Shown here: piece by piece, positions 53,560 through 64,000 of the stretch | How the letters are laid out: every line of letters starts with the position of its first letter | Numbering within the stretch: the stretch's first letter is position 1 | DNA from: Mobula hypostoma | Lineage: Eukaryota | Direction: 5' to 3' | NCBI RefSeq assembly: GCF_963921235.1 | Contig: NC_086097.1 | Coordinates: 164,674,001 to 164,738,000 of the forward strand | DNA: 64,000 nt | The notes under the pieces: model-generated | Database searches by the model: none | The model's input: only the letters and a program-made list of their open reading frames with translations | Told to the model about the DNA's origin: nothing | Made by a program: the position numbers and the translations under genes

Positions 53560-53970
53560 ACCCTGACTAATCAAAAACTTATCAAACACTGCATTAAATA
53601 TACCCAATGACCTGGCCTCCACAGCCACCTGTGGCAACACATTTCACATACTCATTACCCTCTGGCTAAAAAAATTCCTCTATTCCGAAGTTGTGCCCTC
53701 TGGTCCTAGAATCACCCACTGTGGGGAACCCCCTCTCCATATCCACTCTGTTTAGGCCTTTCAACATTCATTTTTATGTTTCTATGTTTCTATTAGCTTT
53801 TGATGAGATTCTGTGCCCCCACCCCCCATTCTTCTAAACTCCAGTGAGTACAGGCCCAGAGACATCAACCACTCCTCATACATTAGCCCTTTCATTTCTG
53901 GAATCATTCTTGTGAACCTCCTTTGGATCCTCCACAGTGCCAGCACATCTTTTCTCAGAGAAGGGGCCCA
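53560..53970 (-). mobile_element. CR1 3' fragment
   Basis: collinear with 16840-17060. Confidence 0.7.
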
Positions 53971-53992
53971 AAGGGACCTTAAGGGGGAATAA

Positions 53993-54175
53993 GGGATGCC
54001 ATAGTAGTGTAGCGGTTAGCACAACACTATTACAGCTCAGGGTGTTGGAGTTTGGAGTTCAGTCCTGATGTTCTCTGTAAAGAGTTTGTACATCCTCCCC
54101 ATAGAAATTATGAGTTTCCTCCTGGTGCTCTGGTTTCCTCCCACAGTCCAAAGACACGCCGGTTGGTAGGTTAGT
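53993..54175 (+). mobile_element. tRNA-derived V-SINE (HE1-like)
   Basis: A-box-like tagtgtagcggttagc and V-domain core gtttcctcctggtgctctggtttcctcccacagtccaaagac. Confidence 0.75.
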
Positions 54176-54179
54176 CTTT

Positions 54180-54280
54180 TTTTCCAATCCTGCTGAAGGG
54201 ATTTGGCCCAAAACATCGACTGTACTCTTTTCCATAGCTGCTGCCTGGCCTGCTGAGTTCTTCCAGCATTTTGTGTGTGC
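54180..54280 (+). mobile_element. Penelope-terminus repeat with mutated hammerhead motif
   Basis: caatcCTGCTGAagggatttggcccaaaacatcgactg...gctgcctggcctgctgagttcttccagcattttgtgtgtg. Confidence 0.75.
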
Positions 54281-54579
54281 CACAGATCGGTTATACTGGT
54301 CCTGATTTGATAAGCGACAGTGTACAAGAATTCAACCATCTGTAGATCAGACCATATGGGGAGAAAAGGAAGACTCGATCATAATGACACTTCCTTTCAC
54401 TTTTGGATATTGCTTCTGGAAGGAAAATTTTGGTTTTTGGTTATGTTCAATGATATTTCCACATATTAAAAAAACGCTACTGCAGCAGGGACTGACTGTT
54501 AATTTCATTTGTATCACTTGTAAATATTTGTGCTTAAAACATTTAATATTTGTTTAATAAGCAATAAATTATTTTTCAG

Positions 54580-54756
54580 CCTGAACAGATTGAAAGCCTG
54601 CCTGAATTTAACCTGCTTCTTGAACAGACAGAGCTGGACCCTGACCAAGAGGACAGTGGCTATGTGCTGACTGAATACTCCCAACTTTCCCCTTCAGAGA
54701 GTGATGACTACAGGCCTCAGCTACAGACAAAAGAGTTACTACAGCACCAGAAGCAG
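54580..54756 (+). CDS. MTCL1: MTCL1-like coding exon (177 nt, PEQIESLPEF...QLQTKELLQHQKQ)
   Basis: atttttcag|CCT acceptor and CAG|gtatgc donor; open in phase 0; position and C-terminal LQT...KQ fit the next MTCL1 exon. Confidence 0.82.
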
Positions 54757-55029
54757 GTATGCCAGTAGTTCCTGTTTGTATCCTTATTCCTTTAGAAATT
54801 TCTCTCATTCTACAATACTCTGCCAGTTGATATTTTCTGGATTAGCTTTCAGAAGAACCAGCCGATGCAACTCACATGACATATTTCATATGTATGTAAA
54901 GTGAATTAAACTAAACCTGCAGCTTTCTATAAAATAAAGTGCAGTACTTAAAAAAAAAACTTTAACTATGCATTGTTGGAAGTGTATTTTAACCAACATT
55001 TCTATGATCTTCCCTCAGTTCTGTTACCT

Positions 55030-56045
55030 TCTGTTACTACAGCACTGAAACAATCCCTTTGGCTCATCTAGTCTGTGCTAAACCATAATCTACCTAGTCT
55101 CATCGACCTGCACCAGGACCATAGCCTTCCACTCCTCTCTCATCCATGTACCTATCAAACTTACTCTTAAGTGTTGAAATTGACCCTGCAAACACCACTG
55201 GCAGCTCATTTCACACTCTCACCACATTCTGAGTGAAGAAATTCCCCTAAACATTTCACCTTTCACTCTTAGCCTATGACCTTTAGTTGTAGTCTCACCC
55301 AATCTCAGTGAAAAAAAGCCTGCTTGCATTTACCCTATCTATATCCCTCATAAGAGTGTATACCTCAATCTTCTATTTTCTAGGGAATAAAATCCTTCTT
55401 TAAAGTGACCAACAAATTATCTTAATTGTGAAGTCACTGAACTTTACTGCACTGAAGGAGGCTGTTCAAGCCCATGCTAAGCAAAAATCAAGCTATTTAG
55501 ATTTCTGCTTCCCAGTTGTTTGTTTATCACCTTGCAGCCCATAGCTCCTTAAGCACATCCTGTAAGCCTGATGAGGATTTCTACCCAACATCCCCTTCAG
55601 GCTGTGAGTTCTAGACACTCAGTACTTGTTGGAGGGGAAGGAAAAATAAAATCTGAACTCCCGTCTGATAATTAGACAAATTACATAAATCTCTGCCAAT
55701 GGAAATACGTTCTGTCTGTCCATACTGTCTTGGTCTGTAATAGTTTTTTACAGCTCAAGTAATTCTTCCTTGTTCGAAAGAAAACAACTGAACCTAGTCA
55801 GCCTTTTCTCATAATTCTGTAGCCCTGACAACATACTCATTTATTCCCTCTGTACCCTTTCTAGTATAATCACATCCTTCTTTGAGTGTGGTGATCAGAA
55901 ATGTGGCACAACTCATGATTATAGATTTCTGGGCACTCATATTCTGAGCCTCAGTTGACAAAGACTGGTATCTTGTGTATCACCTTAACCGCCTTATCTG
56001 TCTGTCCTGTTGCCTCCAAGGATCAATGGGCATGCACTTCAAGAT
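55030..56045 (-). mobile_element. Two old CR1 3' fragments
   Basis: similarity to 44740-45400 (ctacagcactgaaacaatccctttggc...; gacaacatactc...gtgtggtgatcagaa). Confidence 0.6.
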
Positions 56046-56943
56046 TCTCCTATTGTTATACACTTTTTGGTATGCTACCACCTATTGCTTTTTCCCCATT
56101 TGTATACACATTTCTTAGCCATATTTCATGGCTGCATGCAATGAGCTCAGTTCATATTTCTTTCATCTTGTGATTGATTTTTTTTGCAAAATCCAGTCAT
56201 CAAAACTTTAGAAGATAACAGTATCAGACTAGGACAGCATGCGTCTACTTGTCCTGTTTGGAACCCAGCTTAGGAGGAATATGGGGCGTGATCTCTGCTC
56301 TGTGGAATGGGCTTTAGACTTGTGATTGATCAAGCTCTCTGTCACGGTGGCTCCACTCACACTGTGCGCTGATCCATTATAGGCTAATAGATAGACGTGC
56401 AGATAAATACAGCTTTTGGTGAGGGATGGAGAGGATTCTTAGAAGTATAGAGAGACTTGATAAGTATTATTTTCAGCTGGCAACCTGTGGCAACTGCCAG
56501 AGTAGTTTCTGAATCCTGATTTGTTGATCTAGGAATCCTCACCCTCTAAAATTCTCTCCATGTGAAAAAGCTTGGGGATGCACTTGACTGGATTGCTCCT
56601 GCAAAGAGCTGGATTGCACACAATATGTCACATGGTTTCCATCCATGGACAATTATTTGATTTTACAAACCGTAGGACTGTGATCACTCAATGTCAAGCC
56701 ACTAGACTAACATTGAGGAGTGAATTGTTAATCCAGAGGCAGCTGGAAACAACTGGTGTAAATTAAATAGATTGGCAGTGAAAAGCTAGTAACAATATCG
56801 TCTGTGAAACTGGAAAATTGTTATTTTCTCGTTTTAAAAACCCATCTGGTTGAGCAATGGCCTTTGGGGAATTAAATCTGCTGTTCTTGCCCTGTCTGGC
56901 CTTTACAGATGACTCCAACCCATCAATGTAATTGACTCATAAC

Positions 56944-58290
56944 CAATGTTCCCTCTAATTTTTAGTAGTCAGTGTGCGCAAAAATCTAATGTTGTGCAAA
57001 TTTTTTTCCTGTGACAAAGTATATGCACACTGAATGCACACATGGGACAGTTTATATAGGTTTACAAAATATTTGACATAAAACTGCACAGAATAACAAC
57101 AAAATAACATACATATTTAAGTCACTCAGTTATCATTTCTCTTGCCTGTCTTTGGCATTTACCCATTCTTTGTAAACTCTATCTAGACTAATAGAACTTC
57201 CATCCAATTGATAGCTTTTGATACTCATTAACATATCCAAATGACATTCACCTAAACAGTTTCTCAGCTTGTTTTTGAGTTGATTCATTAGGCTAAAACC
57301 TCACTCACAGTCAGCATTAGACGCAAGAAAGGTTCCCCCAATGTCCATCAACTGTGCAAGGTCGCAAAACTGTTCATTTTGAAGTACAAATGCCACCATT
57401 TGAGCAAAGTTTGAAATCAGTTTGGATTTAATTCTTTCTTGCACGGAAAATTTGAAATCATTAAACTGTCTAACAATTACAGTATTTTCAGCTAGAAAAT
57501 CGTGATATTTTAGACATAAGGCATTAACTTGTTCATCGCCAAATGCGAAGGCACAATCTGCAATTGCGGAGAAATCAAAAGCTGACCATTCTTGTACCTC
57601 ACCTTCAGGAAACCTTTCTTCTAAATGAACACAAAGATTATTTATAAAAGTCAACAGCAAACTTGTATCTACTGTGATATTTTCTTCACGTTGTTGGCTT
57701 AGCAAAACTTTAACTTTGTCACTCCACGAAACATTGTCTCCCAGATACTGCTTTCTTATCTTGTTAATTTGCCTCGTGAAAAATGAAGTGAATCAATCGG
57801 TGTCAGGCCACTCTTTTGCAGAATCTTGCATGGTGCAGCCAGTTCATCAAAGACATCACTTAAGACCTGTAAAGCTACTTTGTATGCGATGTTTATCAAT
57901 TTCTTGTGACAGTATTTAGCCGCAGGGTCATTTGACTGATCTTTTTCAGTAAAAACTAAGTAAGCTATCTACAGGATTTGAAACAGATCTTTGTAAACTT
58001 TATGATATGAACACTGTCCGCCAAAGATGGCTGCCACCGTGATGCAGCTGTACAAACCGGAACAGGAAAGGTGAGGTGACGTAGAGTAGTGACGTGCATT
58101 GTGGTATTTGAAAAACCAACTAACTAGTTAACAGAAACATTTAGCTAAAAGATTATTTTCAATAAGTATAATTGTTAATTACTACATTATTTTAGGTAAC
58201 TAACCTTTTGTGCGCACATTAATTTTCTTTGTGTGCTGGTTGAAAAACGTGTGTGCGCGCACAGACACGCACAGCTTAGAGGGAACATAG
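56944..58290 (-). mobile_element. Internally deleted hAT DNA transposon with transposase C-terminal remnant
   Basis: TIRs caatgttccctcta and tagagggaacatag; perfect 8-bp TSD CTCATAAC (56936-56943, 58291-58298); ORF 57301-57705 LEERFP...SNADCE then stop, then GFSLMNQLKNKLRN (hAT dimerization motif). Confidence 0.9.
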
Positions 58291-58466
58291 CTCATAACTA
58301 TTCTCTAGAGTAGCCTGACAGGACAGATGTGCTTTCCAACAATCATGGTCACTGTCAGTGGATTTTTTAAACTGTAGATTTGTTTAATTATATGAATGTA
58401 AATTCCATAGCCACCTTGGTGAGATTCTCAGGCCTTGGAGCAACCAACACAGGGAGAACTGATTGC

Positions 58467-61400
58467 TGTCAAGCCTGCACAGGCAGACACCTCCCAATCT
58501 CCACCCAGCTAACAGGAGTCACTTGCCTCTTATTTCCAATTCATCACCTGCAACCTATTTTAACCTAACTCTTATCCACAGTCTTTGTTCACCCATTGAA
58601 CTAGCCAGCTTCAGCTGGTTGCTCCTAGCCTTCAGTTACCTTGTTGCCTGTTGTGTTTAGTGGTATTAGCGCCTGAATTCGAGGCCAATGTTGCTGAGTT
58701 CAAATCTGGCCATCTGTGCTAGGTTCAGTGTCGAGCTAGCAACTCGGCCTCGTAAAAAACCGACGAATGCTAAGGAAGCAGCAAAACAAAATACTGCCTG
58801 ATGCACGAAAAGGGAACTGCTGTTGTGTTTAGAATCTGTTTGCTCTTGTTTTGAGGCCACTCGTGGCTGTTATTTCACGGTTTATTATTAAAATTATCAT
58901 TCACTGCTGAATCTTCTCCACTGCTCTGCATCTGGGCCTCCTCCACATTGCCTGACAGGATGGGCGAACTAGCAAATGACCCAGCAGAGTTTGCTTGTCT
59001 GAAGGAAGTAGTCAGTCCACATGAGCACATGATCCAGAAGCAGCAGGAAACTATTGTGTATCTCTTCACCACTCTCAACCAACTCTCTGTCTTGATGTCA
59101 TTTCAAGCTGCTGGTCCCTCATCAGCAACACCTCCAGAACCCATGCAACTAGAGAGGGCTCTCTTAACCCCAAGAGGGAATGAGCGCTAGTGGAGAAACA
59201 ACTTGTGTGCGTACTGCAGAGCAACTGATCACCAATACATTGGATGTGCACTGCGCCTGGGAAGTGGCAGCACTGGGTAGAGATGAGGAGCTTCCTATCT
59301 GATAAGCTCCCCTGACCCCTCATTCCAGCACCATTGTCTGACTCTTTCTCTTTGTCCTCCTCCACACCCCGACAGCTCTACGTACACAGGAGGCTCTGGT
59401 TGATTCCAGCACTGCAAGCAACCAGACCCTGCGCTTGCAGCTTGGACTCCCTACCGAGCCTACCTCTCACCCCTTCTACATCATTCCACTGACACATTGC
59501 TTGGGGTCTGGGATGCTCAGAGTGTGCAGACAACCTATGCACATGAGCATCAGAGAGCACTGTCAGTCCATCCAATTCCTCCTGATCTACTTGCCCAACA
59601 CTCCTCTCATCTTGGGTTACCCTTGGCTCTCCCATCACAACCCTCACTTCACCTGGCCATCCAGTTCTCTGCTGAGTTGGGGTCTCACCCGCAAGACCAG
59701 CTGCCTGCAACCTCAGCTGACTTTACCCTGTAAACCTATGGAGACAGAGGAAACTCTCAACCTCAGTAAACACCTACAGGAATACCCAAATTAGTCATCA
59801 CCTTCAGTAAAAGAGAAGCCAATGCCCTGCTGTCTCACAGACCACACGACTGCATGATTGACCTCCTCCTGGGCAGCACCCCTCCCCAAGGTGATCTGTT
59901 CTCCCTCTTCTCCCCTGAAATCTAAGCTATTAATGACTACATCACCGAAGCACAACAGCACAGTATTGTTTGACCATCCCAGTCTCTAGCCGGTGCAGGA
60001 TTCTTCGTTGTCAGAAAGAAAGATGGGGTTCTTTGTCCCTGCATTGACTACTGGGGACTCAATAAAATCACCATTAAGACTGCTACCCTCTCCTTGATGG
60101 ATAGCACATTCGTAACGCTTTGTCAGGTCTTCATCAAACTAGATCTACAGAGCATGTACAGCCTGATCAGCAACCTCAAACTGCTACAGCACTTCTTGGG
60201 CTTCCCCAATTTCTATTGCTGTTTCATCAGAAACTACAGCAAAATTGCCGCTTCTCTCACCTCTCTCAGCAAATCACCCACCTCATGGTCTGTTGTCACT
60301 GACCACGCTTGCGAGGAGACGCTTCATCGCTGCTAGGACTAGATGGGAAAGCACACTCTTGTGCCGCCTTCTCGCGTAATTTCCACTCTACACAGCACTG
60401 TTGTGGAGTAGGAGACAGGGAGCTACTCACCATCAAATTGGCACATCACCATTGATTTCAACACTGGTTGGCCACCTTCCAATGGACCCATGATGATCAT
60501 GACAGTGATGGATCGGTTCTCCAAGGCAGACCACATCATTGCCCTCCCCGAACTTCCGTCAGCCTCTGAGCTGGCGGACCTGGTTCCCCAAAATGCAGTT
60601 GGGCTCCATGGCTCCCTCAGGATATTGTGCCAGACTAGGACCCACAATTCCTCTTCTGCTTCTAGTGAGCCTTATACTCCCTCCTCCGCATTTCAGTTAG
60701 TTTGTCCTCTGGCTATAATCCAACGATCAATCAGCAAGTTGAGAAGTTTCCGAGATGTTTCGCCACCTCTAGCTCTTCCACATGCAGGAAGTATCTGCTC
60801 TGAGCCAAGACAAACTACACACCTCCTCTGCCGCTTTGAAGTGCTTCATGTTTACCGACCACCATGGAGAAACCAACAATGGAGGTATATTTTAGCTGCC
60901 ATCCATGTCTACTACCTCCAGGCCAACCGGTGGTAGCACCAGCCAGTCTACTGTGGTCTGGCGACTGTGACTGTCTGTGCACTCAAGATCTTTCCTTGCA
61001 AACTCTCACACTGGTTGAATGGTCTCTTCAAGATCACTCATCACATTGAATCCAGTCATTTTCCCTCTCCATCTGCCGCTGTCCCTCAGGATCACACCTA
61101 ACCACCTAACTTCCATGTGTCCTTCTTCAACGTTCAAAGGAAATTTATTATCAAATACATATATGTCACCATATACAAGCCTGTGGTTTGTTTTTCATGG
61201 ACCACTCAACCTATCTGAGCCTGCAACTCCAGAACCTAGGATCGTGGAAGGTGGTTCAGTGTACATAGTCCGCCATTTAAAGGATTCACGTCATCATGGA
61301 CAAGGTGTGCAGTACCTGGTCAATTGGGAAAGGTGCAGCCCAGGGAAGGAAGGAGGGTTCTTGGCTGCCATCTAGTTTCATCTTGGATCCTTGCTCATCG

Positions 61401-61700
61401 AGGAGCTGCACTGAACCCATCCGGATCGTCCTGGGCTATCGGGTGCTGGCCATAGGCAGGAGAGTCCAGTCAGACCTGCACAAGCAGACACTTCCCAGTC
61501 TCCACCCAGCTACAGGAGTCACCTGCAGCCTTTTTAAACCCAGTTATCATCCACTGCCCTTGTTCATCCATCGAAGCAGCCAGTCTCAACTAGTTACACC
61601 TTGCCTACAGTTACCTGTTGCCTGTTGTCTTTAGTACCTGGTCTCCCTTGTGGCCCCTCATGCCTTCTTCGTTTGCAGTTAATTATTAAAGTTCCATCTT
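58467..61700 (+). mobile_element. Decayed, internally deleted chromodomain Ty3/Gypsy (sushi-like) LTR retrotransposon
   Basis: related LTRs at about 58467-58957 (TG..CA) and 61468-61700; gag DPAE and PEPMQL; protease [33 protein letters not shown]; RNase H HSCAAFSR..GDRELL; integrase IDF..G.PPSNG..TVMDRFSK; chromodomain YIVRHLKDSR..GVQYLVNWE. Confidence 0.88.
58661..58819 (+). mobile_element. 159-bp tRNA-headed SINE with RTE-like body inserted in the Gypsy 5' LTR
   Basis: 13-bp TSD CTGTTGTGTTTAG (58648-58660, 58820-58832); B-box GAGTTCAAATC; gtcgagctagcaactcggcctcgtaaaaaa; absent from the 3' LTR. Confidence 0.8.
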
Positions 61701-63039
61701 AATTGGTACCTAAAAGAGTTGAGCACAGCCAGAGGAATTGGATTATTTTGGTGCCTAAGCAATTCCTGTGCCTTCAGAGCTTCCTCTATAAATTTTATAT
61801 TCAGTGTCAGCATTGAGATCCAAACATAATGTAAAGTAATGAGTCATAATTCTTAGTTTTTTAAATGGTTGTGCCGAAAATACACATGTCAATGTAAACC
61901 TGAGTTCAAAAGCTAATATGATTGACATTCAACAGAGTAATTTCAAGTAATTTGTTGAAAATATTTTTTGTTTTGCTTGCATTTCTCAGGGTTAAAGTGG
62001 TTTATTGCTTTTCATGTGATCTAACCACATCTGCAAGGATTAAACTGCTACACATTTAACACAGGTCAATTGCATATGAATTAAAGTTCAAAATTCCTAT
62101 GATTTATTATCATGGTATGGATATGTTAATTAATTAATCACATTGGATGTAAGACTTCCTGGATAATAGTCACTGAGGCAGATTATCATGTTTATCTTGC
62201 GTACCGGTATGATTGAAACCTACATGAAGCAGGTGGATACTTCATACTGCCGTAGCGAGAGGTTGAAGATACTGAATTAATGTTCCTTTCGTGCCACTAG
62301 GTTAGGAGATCAAGTCCCAGTGTAGAGATTAGAGCATCGTATTTCAGGCTGACTCTCCGCAGCACTCCCAAATGCGCGTTGCACTGTCAGCCAAGCCATT
62401 ATCACACAAGACATTAAACTGAGTCTCTGCCTACTCGTTCAGCCATGCCCATCTAAGTTATTTCCATTTGTCTGCATTTGGCTCATAAAACCTTCCCAAT
62501 CTGTGTGTCTGTCCAAATGTCATAGAGTTCTGATGTAGATTGCATCGACTTGCACCTTTTGCCTCCATAGATGCTGCTTAACCTGTTGAATTCTGTAAAC
62601 ATTTTGTTTTAATTCAAGAGTCGAGCATACGCAGTCTCCCTTGTCATCTTTGTTGACTTCATTGTGTTTCTACACATAAAGAAAACATAACTTGCAATGA
62701 TTAGTATTTTCCATTGGTAAGTTGACCCTTGAAATTAGAAAAGTGTTATTATTTGCAGCTAATTTTTTAAGTAAAATAAATCTTTACTGCCAACAAGTTT
62801 AAAAACGAGTCAAAGAAAATACAGCCTTACTACTTGTTGCCTTGTACTAATTTATCTTGTAACTACCAACACCAGAAACGAAATGTGTTCATGTACTTCA
62901 TTGACTTTTGCAAAATTCCCCTCACATTTTCAAACACAGTGGTCATTGTACATAACAATAATTAATGATATGTAAAGCATTGTTATGCAAATCTGATAAA
63001 TTAATTTATATGCTCCACTTGGACTTGTCAATTGATGTA

Positions 63040-63570
63040 GTGTTGTCACACATATCGAGGTACAGTGAAAAATCTTTTGTGCGCTGTCCGTTCATTACAC
63101 AGTGCATTGAGGGAGTACAAGGTAAAGCAATAACAGAATGCTGATTAAAATGTTACAGAAAGTGAAGTGCATGTAGGCAGTAAGGTGCAAGTTCACAAAA
63201 AGGTAGATTGTGAGGTCAAGATCCCATCTTATCATCTCAGGGAAACATTCAACGGTCTTATAACAGTACGTGCTTTCAGAATTTGTATTTTCTGCCCATA
63301 GGAGGGGGGAGAAGAGAGAATGTCTGGGGTGGGTGGGATCTTTGGCAGTCCACGTAGGGAAGACTGGTGTCTGTGAAGTGCTGAACTGTGTCCACAACTC
63401 TCTACAGTTTCTTGCAGTCATGGGCAGAGCAATTGCCATATTAAACTGCGATATCTCCGGATAGTATTCTTTCTATGGTGCATCGATTTTAAAAATTGGT
63501 GAGGGTCAAAGGGGACGTGCCAAATTTCCTTAGCCTGTTGAGGAAGTAGAGGCACTGCTGAGATTTCTTG
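63040..63570 (-). mobile_element. Rex1/Babar-like LINE 3' fragment
   Basis: gtcacacatatcgaggtacagtgaaaaa tail region; minus ORF with KDPTHPRHSLFSPL motif. Confidence 0.65.
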
Positions 63571-64000
63571 AGCTTGCATCAACATAGTTATAGTTTAGAG
63601 TGTTTAGAGGTTTCTTTCTTATATTCCACATTATACCTGACTCATACTGAATATTATTGTTTCTATGGAGATAAACAATCCTCCATTACCTCATCATCAT
63701 TCTTCATAAACAAAAATGGGTCTGGATCTGGAAGACATCAGAGCCAAATGTGACTCTGTTCTCTGCACACACAAGGTGTTTTTGATCTGTTGGAGAGGAA
63801 TGAGCAGGGACTTGTATATTTCAGAAACACTGGTTTGGACTAGTTGCACTGAATCTTAGATATAATTATTCACCTCAGGACAAAAATAGGCTATCCGTCC
63901 CCTCAAGACTTTGCCTACTCTCCAGAGAACAATCCATTCTTCCCCATCTGATGCAATTTGCTCCCAGACAAATACATATCATTCTCTTGGGAACTTGCAA

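Noticed and set aside
53993..54075. tRNA gene
   Set aside because: SINE head only; no convincing cloverleaf and it continues into the V-domain
58948..61375. Domesticated RTL1/PEG10-like gene
   Set aside because: Multiple stops, frameshifts and deletions, with LTRs still present

Overview
Eukaryotic vertebrate DNA, most likely from a cartilaginous fish (ray or shark; inferred from the repeat families and the gene). The window lies inside a large plus-strand SOGA-family gene, best matching MTCL1 (SOGA2). Six coding exons splice in frame with canonical AG/GT sites: 13449-13508, 22291-23562, 28863-29018, 40593-40715, 47483-47713 and 54580-54756. All are phase 0-0, and no definite start or stop codon of the gene lies in the window. 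The introns are densely filled with transposable elements: CR1 and Rex1/Babar LINEs, a decayed Penelope-like element and many short copies of its terminus, three solo LTRs, a decayed chromodomain Ty3/Gypsy element, hAT transposons and MITEs, and tRNA-, V-, Deu- and RTE-type SINEs. Many are nested with readable target-site duplications (TSDs). Two long CT-rich tracts are also present. Highlights: (1) the dispersed Penelope terminus carries a minimal type I hammerhead ribozyme motif; (2) a composite hAT element appears to have moved using a cryptic terminus; (3) there are several candidate extra or alternative in-frame MTCL1 exons. Family names come from recalled motifs, not database searches, and boundaries of old repeats are approximate. 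I found no convincing wholly new system; the findings are variants of known classes.
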